64,000 bases of DNA from positions 620,001 through 684,000 of the forward strand of contig CM022672.1 of NCBI GenBank assembly GCA_012295275.1. Direction: 5' to 3'. This DNA comes from Chrysomallon squamiferum (lineage: Eukaryota > Animalia > Mollusca). Shown here in pieces: positions 13,923-29,901 of the stretch. The position numbers and the translations under genes were made by a program. The notes under the pieces are model-generated. The model did not search any database. It was not told where the DNA came from and saw only the letters and a list, made by a program, of their open reading frames with translations. The number at the start of each line of letters is the position of its first letter. Within the stretch, counting starts at the first letter, position 1.

Positions 13923-15529
13923 ACGAATCTTAGAAAACGTTTAATGTCAGCAAACTTCTTATTTCTCATCTGACTCGTCAGTTAACTCAGATACAGTTCA
14001 GTGTCCTATTTCCATACAGAACACAATATCTTCTAATATTTCTTCTCATTACTCAGCTCACCACTGTCTAACTAATTTCTTTTCAGTTCTCTTCCTGCTC
14101 TCATTTTTTTGGAGTGAGAATTACTTTCACTCTCTTTTGATGGTTTCTGTTTTCTAAGATTTAAATTATTCGCTTCATAACTTTGAATTCAGGCGTAAGT
14201 TTGAAGTGAGGCGTGAAACTTCCTCACTGAGTCTGTACTAGTAGCAGCACGTGCGACAACTGCACAGTCAACAAGAACACTGTCAGCAGCTACAACAACG
14301 ACTGCAAACTTGCGTTACATTTTACTGTGAACAAAATGTTAAAGCAGAATCGCTCCATACTGACATGGACATAAATGAGTGTCAGTTCTTACAAATTTCA
14401 AATACTCAGGCATTCATAACACAAATATAACACTATTCTCCATTGCACAACTGTATTTGTCGTGTTATTTGTGGATGTTGGTGTCAATATATGTGACCAT
14501 GGCCAAGCGCTGTACATTGAACTTGTCTCTCTGACACTTTTGTTGGCTTATTTATGATTTTTCAAGACAGGACAAAAATGCGAGTAACTGTTACGTATGT
14601 AGTAAAAACCGTTTATCGGATCAATACAGAGATTTGCATGCTTCACATACATTTTCAATGTGGTGTTGGGTTCCATGCAATAGACACATATTTGTTTCAC
14701 GACTGATTCTCTTTAAGAGAAGCAGTTTGCTACTGATCATTCCACTGCAGTGTTTCATTCGTTGAATCACAGTAGTTTTCTACAGAACCAAATTTCAAAG
14801 ACTGAAAACAAAAGCAAAACAAACAAAACATTACTATTGAGTTTCTATTTCAGTTTTGTCCTGGATCTACACTGATCACACATTATATTTCACTGTCTAA
14901 AAATTATAAGACAGAATCCAGTTTTTGAAGTAAATATTAATGTCAGATGTACGAAAATGTAAATTAATTTTTTTCAACAAACATCTTCATCAAAATAATG
15001 GTTTTCTTCCGCCACGTTCAATAAAATAATGTTTTTTTTTTTTTTTATTTAATCAAAGAAAAGGATATATCCTCAGATGTGAAGGAGTAATTACACTTTG
15101 ACATTTCTTTCTAACCCAAGGACAAAACGTGGATAACGAGCGTTAGGTCTCTCTCACAATAGTTTTTAATTCCAGAACATGTCACAGGATAAAAAATTAC
15201 TTCACAACATGAAACATACAACTGTTGTTTAATACGATTCAACTGTTTAAATTATACAAAATGAGAATACACACAGAGTTTTATCAGATTTTTAACACGT
15301 CTTTAATTTAAATTATACTAAATGAAAATAGGTTTGATTTCGAGACTGTACATTTTTTAAGACACGTTTTTAATTTAAATAATACAAGATGAAAACAGCG
15401 ACTAATTTCGACATTTTCAGTTTTCAGTGTTTAACGTCAAAGTCAAAGCTGTGGAAGAAGACGTTGTTATGTTAATGACACGAATAAATGTTAACTATCA
15501 GCAATCTCCTCTGTACTCTGACGTCATCC

Positions 15530-15644
<115 letters not shown>

Positions 15645-18047
15645 CAAAGACTAATGCCGAGAGAGGAGAATTAACGTAGGATTTTCTTCATAATTAACTT
15701 TTTAATCTTTTTCATCATCTAGCCAAATCAGAATAATAAATGTATTTGTGAGAGACAGATCTGTCACACACGGGTCAAGCTGAATACGTTGATGTTTATC
15801 TTCACAGTTCACGTGGTGCTGTTTATTACGTGTCTATCGGATCACGACGTGTAACAGCAAAAAGGTTACTGATACATAGTTGTAGTAGCATGTCATTTAA
15901 GGGTATGGGTACAGGTTGTAGTAGTTACAGTAGTAATAGCAGTGATAACAGTAGAAGCAGTAGTGTAAGTAGTAATAGTAGTTGTTGTAACGGAGGTAAA
16001 AATCGCAGTTGTAGTAGTTGTAATAGTTTTCGTTTTTGTATTGGAGTGATAATTGTAAAGTTATCGATCTTAAATTAATTGTAGTAGAAGTAGATGTAGT
16101 AGTAGTAAGAAAAGTGGTTGGTGTTCTTCTTTTGTAGCTGTAGCAGTAATTGTTGATGTAGTAGTGGTAGTAATAATACATATACACAGACACACACACA
16201 CACACACACACACAAAATCTCGCATATGTTCGACGTAGTGTATGATGATTAAAGGACAGGTATTTTTATTATGTCATACTGATATGTATTTCATTTACGC
16301 AGCAATTTGATACTTTTATGAATAAAACATTCAGGGAAAGAATAAATACAATAATCCTATACAATCAGTTTGTTAACAACATTAAAAAAACATCAGTAGA
16401 TGTCAAACACACAAAAATTAAAAATTAAACCAGAGACAACTGTTAAAAGTGAACTGTTTAGCTAATCACGGAATTGTCTGAAATATTCACTGCGAAACAC
16501 TTCTATTTGTATTCACCTCATTTTCCTGTCGGTTTTTATTTTCTGTCGACATGGAAATTAGTCGTTTTGTTCTTGAACAGAATATTAATGAAGTAATTGC
16601 AGATTAGCCAGAAATAGAATAAATCCAAATACATCAATAACTAGAGGACGACATTACCACGAACTGACCATAACTGACCACGATGACCGCTCCTTGTTTA
16701 TTCTTCAAATGTCTTTCGTATTGCTTAAGGCAAAACATTATTGTTTAGCGTTGTTCATTTCTCAACAGCTTTCATATTTTTAATGGAAAAACATCATTTT
16801 AGATAATATTTTTACAGAAAATATTAATATGAAAATAAATAAATTATTAATAATTTAACCCAATTTCAATACATTTGAATTCTAAGTGTTAGAAAATGTG
16901 ACAGCAATGATAATAAAACACAAGCTACTGTCGTCAGTGCATTAAACTCAGTGTTGTTATCTTTACTTAACGAGGCTTTAATTTTCTGGAGAGTTCTGTT
17001 TGCTAATAATAAAGTTTTATAATAAAAATTTATCAGAGATTCAAGGAGGCTGTATTTAACTTTTTGGACAGATACACATCACAGTATGCTGTCAAGTCAT
17101 GTGGGTTGTACACAAATTCTGTTGCCATGGTTATCTTCTCGATGACGTAATTATAGATTTTTTTGTAATAACTTAAATAAATATTGAACTGAGAGCTGAT
17201 GTAGATATTAAACACTGCTAATCTCTTTGTTTTGTCTTTGTGATAATATTTATCTTACACAGCTGATGACACACAGGACTTTTTCTTTCTTTGTAATACA
17301 AAGGGCGGGTCTAAATTCATATACAGTGGATGCAAATCAACAGATTTGTAAAATTCAAATATATAATGTTCAAAAACTGTTGTTTTTTTTTTTTAGAATG
17401 AACAATTTATTTATTTATTTAACTGTCTATTCATTCATTCATTCATTTACAGCGATAATGTTGAATTTCTACATCAGGTTGCACTAGGTCATATTAAGTC
17501 AGCAAATATTGTTTTTCTGTTTGTTTTGTTGCTTGTTTAAGTTGACGATGTAAGTTGAAAATAAACACAGGACAATGTCGCGTGAGAAGAGAGTGAAAAC
17601 TACAGTCAGGCATCCTGTACGAGATATCAAACTGTGACGTAACTGTTTATTACACAGAGAAGTTGACTGTTTTACTGTTCAGGGAGAATGCGTGTTTTAC
17701 TGCGATATTTGTCTTAATGTTTGACACTAGTCGTGACCTGTGACCTGTGACCTGTGACCTGCGCTGAGACCCGCCATCAGCAGAATTCGAAAGAAATTCT
17801 AAAACGACTCGTACGAATTATTTTCTATTGGTTAATAAAACAGCAGTTAAAAAAAACTAACAAACGAACAAACAAACAGACAAACAAACAAACAAATAAA
17901 TAAATATAATACTAACAGAAAACCCAAGTAAAAATATGAAGAATATGAAAACATTCAGTGATATCTGATGCGAAAGTTTTTGACTTTATTTTGTTTTTGT
18001 TTTACTATTATGGTTACTATTACCACTCCTATTATTAATTCTGCCAG

Positions 18048-18123
<76 letters not shown>

Positions 18124-18597
18124 GCTGATGCTATTATTGCTATTAATACTACTATCATTTTCATCACTGTTACATTTTCAGAGTTATTATTTCTTTTTAC
18201 TTTAATTCAGGTATAATCATGAAAATGTATATTTTATTATATGTATATTTCACATCTCGAAGAAACGCTTGGTGTAATTTGCAACCCAAAGACGTCCCCT
18301 GACTAATTTAGTTTGTTATTGATACGCATAAATCAAACCAGCCAAGGTCTTTGTATCTTCTATTTTTTTTTCTGTCTTTTTCTAGGATCTCCTTCGCAAA
18401 GTAATATAGAAACAGAAAAAACACTGTTGACAGAGGCAGTAGAAGGTTTCCACTCAGAATAAAATTAATGAAACCATATCAGTGGCTATTAGAACAATTT
18501 ACTGAATTATTTCCCTTACCAGATGTCTTCTCCGTCCAAAGTCGACAAATAGTAGACAAATGATATTAGTAATGGAGGTTTTTATTTTTTTTATTTA

Positions 18598-18633
<36 letters not shown>

Positions 18634-19989
18634 TTATTTTATTTTTTATTGATTTGGCATAAATGTTATCTGCAGTTTATTTTTTTTATTTTATTTTATT
18701 TTATTTATTTTCTATTCTTTTTATTATTTTTACAAAGGAGTTCAGCAAAGAACAGTAAATAATAACGAAAAGTTTGTTAAAACTATCAAATTAGTGTGTG
18801 TATCTGTTATATTTGTTTTTAGAGGAAAAAAAAAAAAAAAAAAAAAAAAAACGACAACAACAACAAAACATAATAGTAATGAGTCAGTTTTTTTTTTTTT
18901 TTTTTGGAGAAAAGTCGAAATTAACAAGTAGTGTTGTGACGTGTTTGAAACAAAACAGACCAGTGAATTAGTTTGTATCTGATTACATTCTGCTAAGTTA
19001 CTTCGTTACCAGACTAACTCGTAGTATCAATTACTCACCCAATTACTAGCTTAAATACCAATGCAAATATTTAATGACAAAACAAGTGACTTCTTTACCA
19101 ACTTATTTTTACCAACAGGATAAATTCAGTAACGTAGTGAAATACTGACCGACCTACTGCCTGATTTACTGATGTCCTTTTTTACTTACAAACTTACTGA
19201 GACTGACTAACCTGCTTACTTACTTGATCACTAAATTCGACTCACTTACTAACAGCGACTAAGTGATAACTTACGTGTAACTGCTGACTCACTGACTGGC
19301 TATCTGAATGAACTGTTTTACTGACTACTAAGAATTTGCTGAAGCCCAACTGTAACTTGAATTATTTGTTTATCTACAATTATTTACTGACTACTAGCTT
19401 ACTGAAGACTTGTTTATAGCATGGACTTTATCATATAACTGTCCGATTAAAGTCACATAATTTTATCTTGTTGCTTGTTACCGAAAATGTGTCTTCATTT
19501 CTGCATCTTTAGAGATATCGCATACTCTGACTACCATGGTAACGCACACCTTTCTACGTCAATGAATAAACATTATACATATCTTTAAAAGATTTCTAAA
19601 AAGAGAAATTTTACGCACGAAATTAAACTGATTCTAATTAAAACAGTTTTGAAATAGTTATGTACTGCAAGAGAAACTTACTGTATTATATTTATTTCAT
19701 ACACCTCTAAACACTGTTTATATACTTATTTAAATTCATTAATTTGAAATTTCTGACACAGAATAGATCATATTATCTTTGTGGTTATCGTTAGACATTC
19801 CTGCAATCAATCATTCACAACATCCGATTACATACATATTCCTCATTTGCGTAGCTTCACTTTATACATTATGCAGTATCTCAGTCTTGGTAAGATTCAG
19901 AATAATAAAGCGACATAATAATTAAATAAATAAATAAATATATAAATAAATAAATAAAGATGAAAATGAAGAAATAAAATAAAATAAAA

Positions 19990-20196
19990 TTAATAAATAA
20001 TGTAAAGAAATAATGATAACAATAATGATTGTAATGGTAATAATGATGTATAAGAACAATAACAGCGGCGAAAATCAAGGAGGTCAAGATGAAAATAATA
20101 ATAATAATAATAACAGTATCAGTTATAATGGTGATGATGATGATGATGATGATGATGATAATAATAATAATAGTATCAGATATAATAGTGATGATG

Positions 20197-20242
<46 letters not shown>

Positions 20243-20259
20243 CAACAACAACAACAATA

Positions 20260-20294
<35 letters not shown>

Positions 20295-20312
20295 TAATAA
20301 TAACAATAATAA
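19990..20312. repeat. Compound (AAT)n/(GAT)n/(AAC)n trinucleotide microsatellite
   Basis: Visible runs; they account for the poly-I/N/M ORFs. Confidence 0.9.
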
Positions 20313-20442
20313 TAAAGTACTAGTAATTATTGTAGCAACAGTAGTATTCTATTCCAGTTTTCTTCACTAATTTTTTTTCCAATCATCATTATTATAATGA
20401 TCATCAACACCATCATCACAACAAACAAAGTAGGAAACTTAC

Positions 20443-20700
20443 CACGTGGGTGACGACGTCAGAGTGGGAGAGGTGTGTACGGCGACATCTGCTCGCGGTA
20501 GTGAGATCTCGATGGACATTGACTGCGAAGTCGTGACGTGCTCCTGTTAGCTCGCTGTCGTTCTATTGATTCCACCGACTCGCTGTCACATGTCCCAGCT
20601 TGTCAAATAAGCTCGCGTCTCCGATGATGATGTTGATGTCGGCGTTGACAGGAGACAGAGTAACGAGGTGAATGTTAGGACGTCGTTGTGAAATCGAAGA
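20443..20700 (-). other. Candidate non-coding 5' exon / promoter-proximal region of the minus-strand GPCR
   Basis: Locally GC- and CpG-rich island ending in a consensus donor GTG|GTAAGT (20442-20437). A strong acceptor (tttttttcAG at 12876-12875) lies downstream, before the coding exon. The upstream boundary is approximate. Confidence 0.35.
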
Positions 20701-21956
20701 TGCGATTTGAAGAATGACAAGATGATGAAGAAAATAATTTTAAGTTGATTTCGTATTTTCTGTATGTACTTGCATGGAGAGAAAAACTTCAAGCGTGTTA
20801 AGAGGCGACTGACAGACAGACAGACGTACGTGCAGACAGACAGACGTCAGACAAAACGAATGAAAAATAGAGTCAAGAAGATTTTTTTTCTCTCTCTCTC
20901 TCTTACTAATGTGAGAGAGAAAGACAGAGTAAGATATCGACAGAGAAAAAGACTGATGAACAGAGAGAAAGAGACAGAAAGAGAAAGCAAAGAGAGACAA
21001 AAAGAGAGAGAGAGACGGAGAGACAAAGAGAGAGATGAAGAAAGATACAGCGGATAATAAAAAACACGGGAAATGTTACAAAATATAAAACTAAGAATCA
21101 AAGAAATAATACTTGACATTGTTTTTATTTTCGAGTTACTAGAGAGAAACATCGTGAAAAAAAAAAAAAATAAAAGAAACTTAAAGACTGACGAGAAAAA
21201 AAAAAAAGTCAAAGAAAAGAAAGAAAAAAAAAAACAATAAAAGCAACAAAAGGACACATTACCTATAACAAAGAAAATCAAATATGACAAAGATTGGCGA
21301 AAAAAAAAAAAAATCACAATGAAAATAGAGAAATCTATGTACATAAAATTTGTAAATATAAAATTATAAAAGAAAAATGCGACTGTTAAAGCGTGTATAG
21401 AGAAGAGTTAAGAAGAAAATGAAGAGATTGATGAATCGATAGAGCACAAATTACTCTAACAGCAAATTCATTTCCGAATCTGATTCATTATTTACAAAGC
21501 AATTGTGAGACGTTCCTTATTTTAATAATCCACTAATGTGGCCAATATATGACTGCTACGTAAAAATCGCATTAAAAAATTAATCCATAGAAATAATCAT
21601 AATTATCAGAGATAATCAAGTTTAGAAAAAGATTCTTAGCTAATGATGTTCTAGTGATCAAATCTGCATTTTCTCATTAACTTTTTGTTTTTGTATTAGT
21701 GCAAATAATAACAGTGATGATGATGATGATGATGATGATGATAATAATAATAATAAAAGAAAGAAAGAAAGAAATAAAGAAAGAAAGAAAGAAACAGATA
21801 CAGAAAGAAATTGGGAGAGGTAACAGATAGACAAAAGGTAAACAAGAAAGGTCTAAATAAGTAAATTTATTTATATTGTTTAAATTTAATTTTAGAATAA
21901 TATATATATATATATATATACACACATAAGCATTCACGCAAAACGTACGTAACTGC

Positions 21957-22028
<72 letters not shown>

Positions 22029-22624
22029 TTAAAAAGAGATATATAGCTTGTAACTCCTTGTTATTTTTTCGAATGCAGCTGATCTTCGTAATGTGAACTT
22101 TCTTACGTCACTGTTTTTAATTACACGTGTTTTTAAGTAACGTGTTTTATGTCTGAGCTACATGTATCTTGCTGACAGCACCTCTTGTCTTGTGATAGTC
22201 ACGTGACGTACTTGTACGTGGTCTAACTGACTTCTTATTTTCTACAAAAATCAGTTTAACCTTGTACATGTAAAAAAAAAAAAAAAATACTAAAAACTAG
22301 AAAAACAGTTAAAGAATTTAAATTAATCTTCTTTCTTTTTATTTTTTTCAGTGAAGTTGACTTATTTTTCTCTTCCCCATTTTTTTTTTTTTTTCTTTCT
22401 TTTTTTTTTTTTTTGAAAATTATAATGTTTTTCGTGTCTTTTTATCTATCTGTCTTTTTTTTTTTTTAATTTATATCATTTCAAAGGAGAAGAAGAAACT
22501 AAAAAAGTTTAAAAAAAAATAAATAAATAAATAAAAGTTGGACAAGTAAAACAAAATGGATAATATAAACCAGAACTGCACTGACATTAATTAAATAACG
22601 TTAACATTTAATGAACAACTCATG

Positions 22625-22681
<57 letters not shown>

Positions 22682-22806
22682 TATTAAATATTATATTAAC
22701 TGTCATTATAAAGTCCTTGTGCAGTTTGAAATTTGATCTAGGCATACTAGAAATGATCTGTAAAAGTGATTTGAGAAAAAATTTAATATTTATTCTTCAG
22801 ATTCTT

Positions 22807-22849
<43 letters not shown>

Positions 22850-22957
22850 CATGGATACGATTATGAATTTCAATAATTACATTTTGTAGCAGATTTTATA
22901 ACGTGTGTGTGTGTGTATATATATACAGAGAAACACACACATATATAAATATATATA

Positions 22958-23222
22958 CAGGTACCGGACCAAAGAAATCCGGAAATCCCAGAAAACCGGA
23001 AGTTTTTCCCGGCGTTGTCCTCACCAGAACTTTCAAGCCTCGTGGTGTTCATTCACTCGCCGCATTGTTTACGTGTCGAGTCGCCACAGTTGTGTATCGT
23101 CGATTTTCTTTATGTTTTTAATTTTAAAATGTTTATGCCAAATTATTTACATATTTAGAAAACCGGAAAATCCAGAAATCCGGAATGCCTCAAAGGAGTC
23201 CGGATAATTGGGCCGGTATCTG
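22958..23222. mobile_element. Non-autonomous Tc1/mariner-pogo-type MITE (about 265 bp)
   Basis: TA flanks on both sides. Imperfect TIRs CAGGTACCGGACCAAAGAAATCCGGA versus (reverse complement) CAGATACCGGCCCAATTATCCGGA. Internal repeated AAAACCGGAA/AAATCCGGAA motifs. Confidence 0.75.
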
Positions 23223-23382
23223 TATACATACATTACACAGATAATTAAAGAATATCATGCCATCTTTATTTTTGTTATTCTTGCTTTTCGAAAAAATGAA
23301 TAACTTCACAAAAAGAAAAAATGATTTTGTTAAATTAAAAAAAAAGAAAATAATTAATGCTGTAACATTATTTAATATTAGT

Positions 23383-23478
<96 letters not shown>

Positions 23479-25223
23479 CATACACACAATACGTATTGTA
23501 ACAGTGTACGTACTAAGTGTAGACTCACGCCACGACAGCAATATATATTGTAACAGTGTATATTGATATAACATGGCATAATTTTGCCATATACGTGTTC
23601 ACGGCTGGGAAAACCACTGTAGATACTACTGTGAACTTATACCCCCAAGATATATGATATAGATTACAATATTGTATAATACTGTACACAACGATATGGA
23701 AACTATTTATTGAACAGTAATTACATTTTCGAAGCGTGTTTACTGAAAAAGCCGGATGACAAAGACGCAGATAAGACAACGTAATCTTTCTTATAACACT
23801 GAGAATGTTTCACAAAAATGGAAATATAATTTGTTCGGTAGTTATGTTTAAATCGATCAAATCTTGAATGTATTGATTTTTTTGCAGATAACTTCAGAAT
23901 TGTTTCATATCAGATTTATTTTTTATGATATACATCTATAACAATACACAGTTTTGAGAACAGTCATGTTACAATATATAATATAAAACAATATATAAAT
24001 GCACTATGTATGAAGTAGACTTACTACGTAACACAAATAAAACAAACGTACAGTCTGGCCATGTTTGCTAACAAATGTCTGTGTTTGGTTACTGACTTGT
24101 TGTTTTGTGTTTCACACTGCTCGTTTTCTGTAGTCAGTTTCAATGCGACTGAATTTTCGTACAAATTCGTCTTCCTCAGTTTTTTGTTTGTTCATGTATT
24201 CTGTTCTAATCATTATTTTCCTGTTCACTATTACTATTACTATTGCTGCTGCTACTACTACTACTACAACTTTACTGCTATCACTACTAGTACTCTACTG
24301 TATTATTACTACTACTATGATTATGTATTACATACAGTTTTTGTTTTTGTTATTATTATTTATACATATATACATACATACATACATACATAGATAAATA
24401 CATAAATACATACATACATACACACACAGACACACACACAGACACACACACACATATACATAGTGACAGTTTATAGATAAACTGTTTGACTCTGGGTGTT
24501 GTGATCTGTGTGGAAGGGGAAGTTGATTAGTGAGGAGACCTAACGTGTGTGATGATATCACAACTCGGAGGTGTCTGTGGACCACATTTCTCAAATTCTC
24601 ATAAATCACGTCAACATTACAAAACTCTTTGTTTGCAGAAACACACAGACAGACACAGAGTCTGTCTACAAACCAACCAATACGTGATGTTACACATCCC
24701 TCAAAAATCACCTACAAAGTCATAAAAGTCTCATTTACGAACTGTTCTTTCTTTTCTGATTGTTGGAGAATGTTCAAAGTTGAGACATTTCTGACTTTTC
24801 ATGACACTAATATATCTGAAGATTTCCACAAATATTTCATGTTTCTAGAAGCGTTTTGTTCTATGTCTGCAGGAGAAAGTTTGCTAAAAATAAAATAATA
24901 AAACACAACCAAATAAACTCCCCATTGCATTAGCAACTTGTAGCTGTAAATAACAAATATAATTAAAATAGATTGACACTGATACGTGTTCAACATGACA
25001 AGCGTTTAGATTTCTTTGATTCCTGTATAAATATCCCTGCCAGTATGACATATAGATAACTTTGATTCCAGTATTTTTTAAATAAACAAAAACTAATACC
25101 ACACACGTCAGTGTTATTGTCTCTGGTGGGTTACGAGTTCTTAGTGATGTTTGTTATTGACTACATTCTCTTGTTTGGAGCCAGTTCAATATCAAATCAT
25201 TTTTTTTTACTTTTATTTTATTT

Positions 25224-25267
<44 letters not shown>

Positions 25268-26220
25268 CACTGTTTGACAAATTAGTAAATTGGCTTTGAC
25301 ATACGACAATAAACAGCCACCAGAGCTCGATTTAAGTCAAATAAAAACTTGGAAAGGGAAAACAGTTTCATTGTTTTATTTTTGAATATTTCTAAAATAA
25401 CACCAACAACGTAACAGAACCAGATCTGAATTAAATATCAGCTAAAATATCCACAGTTCACGGCTTTAAGATTTTTAACTATCATTCGTTTCCCAGGCTT
25501 ATTAAATGTTAATAATTAACAGTTAGAGCACCATCTACTGTTTGACAAAAATTAGTCTCAAACGTGTCTTAAACTGTTCCTGCATGTAGAACTTTAGAGT
25601 CGGAAAAGATTTTATTTAGGTTTAGTTGTTGCAAACCCAGCCAGTTAATAAAAGTAGCGCATACATTTTTTCTTCTTTGTGAAAGGATCTTCCTTCAGTT
25701 TTATTGTTTTAGCTTTTGTGAAAAAAGAAAAGACTCAAGCAATTCCACACAACAAGCTGTCAGCCTCGCCCTGAATCAGAATTTTATTTACTTACACACA
25801 AGAGAGTCTAATGAACGGAGACATAGCTGAGGGCGTCGCCATGTTTAAATCAGACACAGAAGTCGAGTTTAGATTCAACTTCAAATTAAATTTGTGTCCC
25901 ACTTTACATTCATTATCTTTCTATTCCAGTGATCACTGTTTTAGCAGACATTTTGAAACTTTTCAGTTTCCGTCTTTCTTCCCTGTTCTAAGTAGTCTTT
26001 TATTTCTATTTATTTCTTTGATTTAGGAGAACATTTATAAGAATAATAATAGTGACAAATATATAGGATGATGATCATCTTTATAATGATTAATACACAC
26101 TCATCATACAAACACACATACATGTAAACAACCCTAAAAGTAACAAGCTCGCGCACAAATTACTTTTTGTTTCTGTGCGAGGTCTCATTATTATCATTAT
26201 TGTTATCATTATCATTATTG

Positions 26221-26258
<38 letters not shown>

Positions 26259-29200
26259 GTTATGTGTTCTGTGTTCTGTGTTCTATGTTACGTCTGTGAG
26301 GAGGTTGGCACTGAGGACGTGGTGGTGTTGTTGATGATTTTATTACAGAACTAATCTGTCTCAGACGTACACTTTATTTTCTGATTTATCAGTCACGTGA
26401 CATTTCCACGTGTCTATCCGAAGAGAGACCTGTTTTACGTGAACCTAGAGATTTCTTAAATTTATTCTTATCTTAATTATACGTCACAGTTCAATAACAG
26501 AACTTCTGTAGCTGACAACACAGCTGAACTCTGTTTACACTCAGGCCGTAGTCTAACGGCATATGAGGATACATTCACACAAAATGTAATGTAACTATAA
26601 CAATTATAACAAGATGGTGAATTTACAATAATGTACATAATAATAAAATATATACAGTGTATCAATATATCTGCCACAGGACTTGAAAAAATTCATCATA
26701 CAGAAAATAGATAGTTTTTAAAAGTTTGGATGCTTGGTTTGGAGTGACAGAAAAATGGTAGGTAACGGTTCCTTTGATTCTTATCTTCGATGTCATCGTT
26801 ATTGCACAACAGACATATTCTATTTATCTACTTTTCTGTCTTCCAACAAACCCATCGTCCTCGTTTTACACTGATCTCACTACAGCAACATTCACCTCCT
26901 GCTTTTACGTCTTTTTCTAGGTATTAGACAACTTCTCTACAGTAACTCTCATTTTGTTCTCATCAACAGCTTCACTTTTTTTGAAGATTAACATCAAATA
27001 CGATTACGCATTATGGTTATAGATTCAGTTATATAGCTTATGGACAAATATTGTTTACATTTGTTAACCGAGCTGTGACATTTCTGACAATTCCTGATTA
27101 GTTATTTAGTTATTTAGATTATTACCGATATAACTTATGTTGTTGTTGTTGTTGTTAATATTATTATGTGTATGATTTGATGTCAAATTTGTAGTTCTTC
27201 GTTTTCTGCTAAGGCCAGCATATTAATAAAACACATGAAATTGCTGGTTATAGACTGAGTTGTATAGACTTACAGATTACAATCACAGTGCCTGGTTTTA
27301 GAGTCCTTACATAAACACGAAGTCATAGAAAACATCTTCTTCGACTACTTACGTGTAATTAGTACGCAGAAATGAACCCTGACAAAGAGATAAAGTTTCG
27401 GATAGAAATATATCAGGATAATTTTCTTCTGCTCTCTCAGCTGTTTTGTTATTTCTGCGTCTCGTGACACAGTCTAGTGTCTGCTGAAACCAAACAGTTC
27501 GAGTTTATCTGCGACGCGTGATTCACGAGCGAAGTCCTGGAAGAGCAGGAAATGCTGTAGAACAACGAGAAACGTTTCAAGTAAACACTGAGATTTATAT
27601 TACGTCAGTTTGTCAGTTCAGTTTAATAACACACTAGTTTACCTGTTTTTGTTGTTTTAATTAATTAATTAATTAATTTATTTATTGCTATAATCATTTT
27701 CATCTTCATCTCTATTATTATCAGCATCGTCATCGTTATTCCTCTTATAATTATTGTTATCATCATCATCATCATTCATCATCAGCATCATCATCGTTCA
27801 TCATTAACATTATCATCATCCTTATTAATATAAAGTCTGTTTTAGATATTTCACTGTCAGGTGTGTGACACAGATAACGTGTAAAGAAGTTTAATACAAA
27901 ACAATCACCTATGTTAATGAATACACTAATAACAACGATATACAAATGGTTGCATTCTCTGTGTTTATAAGAGAGCTTTACTTAAGTTTGCATAATCGTC
28001 ACGTGTGGAATGTGAACACTTGAAAACTCTAACAACTTTTATTATTACATATATTGCATGTCAATAACCATAGTTTTGTTAATTATCCCATCATCAATAC
28101 TAAAAACAAATTTTGAAAAACAAAATAACAGTGTAACAATAGTGATAAACTCTGCAGAAGAAAGAAAACAACAATAATGATAACAAGATGAGCAAATATC
28201 AACATCATGAACGCGAAGAAAAAGAAGAAAAAATCTTTAATTAATGCAAACAAAACTAATAAATATAAAGCTTTATTTGTTTTTATATTTTTTTAAACTT
28301 TTATCAAAACATTTATATATAATCCCTGTCTACATCAATTTAAAGCAGATTGGACAATATTCGCACTGACTTTTGGCTAACGTTTCACGTTTAATCTAAT
28401 GTAATTAGAGTTTAACCAGTGATAACGAAACAGAATCTGACGTGTTTGTTTTACTCAAAACAGTTCCAATTATCTGCGAATATTTAAGATGCCTGACAGT
28501 TAAAGTGGTAACAAAAACACCCAGATTAACGGTTTATATTATATGCAAAACTGTCATTTAACGTTATTTACAGTAAATACACTTTGATATGGCCTTGTTA
28601 GTAGAAAGATGACTAGAGTAATGCTGATTTATTATTATTATTATTGCTTTTCATGCAAAGTATATCTGACATAATAATGATTATGACATCTTAACATGAA
28701 ATTAATTTAATTAGATATCATTATTAATTATTCTTGACGTTATTTGCGATTATGACGTCATAATAAAAAATATATAAGTTGTCCTGAAACTAGTATGACT
28801 GAATAAGACTGTTCAGTGCTAATACACTTTTATTTTGAAAAAATATATTCTTTCTTTTCTTCTTCTTTTGATCCTTTTTTTTCTCTTTTGTTGTGCCTCT
28901 GGCTTTCTGTAAAATAATGCTGTCCTGAGGTTTTCAGTAAAACTTGAATGGTGGATCGAGTGACAATCAACTTTTTCAGTGACTAGAAAAACTCTCAAAC
29001 TCTCTGTCTGCAAGAACTTGTTATCAGGGCTTCTTCGTTTCCTCAAGCCATTTCTAGTTTCACCTACAACAAAGTCGTAAACTGTAAGACATCCATCCCT
29101 CTTTGTAGCAGAATGTAAATATGTTATTAATGTTATCGTTGTTGTTGTTATCATTAGCGTTTGCTGCATCCTTCGTCACCATTATCAACGTTGTTGCTGC

Positions 29201-29461
29201 TGTAGATATTATTAGTTGTAGTAGTAGCTATTGTCATTATTATCATTGTTGTCGTAAAGCATTAGTCATCATCGCTGTTTACATCCCCACTACTACTACT
29301 ACTAATAATAATAGTAAGAAGAAGGAGAATAACAATGTATGAACTTTGTCAATAAACTTTTTTAACTGGAGAGAAAATTATTTTATCCGAATTTTCTTTT
29401 ACAACATGCACGCGCGCACACACACACATACGTACGTATATAAATATATATATATATATAC

Positions 29462-29492
<31 letters not shown>

Positions 29493-29901
29493 CATACACA
29501 CACATATGAAACAATAATTTCACAAACGATAATAATAATAATAATAATTAAAATTAAATTAAGAAATAGAATAAAATAAAATAACATATTTTTAAATAAA
29601 TTAAAAATGAGTAATGACAGTGTTATTGATTAGTGTTCAAGTACAAATTCAGAAAAGACAACTTGAAGTAGAAAATTAGCCTGTAGTAATGAAAACAAAC
29701 AAGTATGTGAAAACTCCAATAACTAACGAGCTATGTATGAACTTGTTCAGAGTGCAGTGACCAGCGAATCAAAACAGCTTGTGCACTTCCAGCTTGCTTT
29801 GTTTACAAAGTGAATCGCTAATATATTTAATTATCTTGCTGTCACTAATTATTTTCTTTTTCTTCATTAGGTTCGTGTATGGGCTTTTAAACTGTTCTTT
29901 A

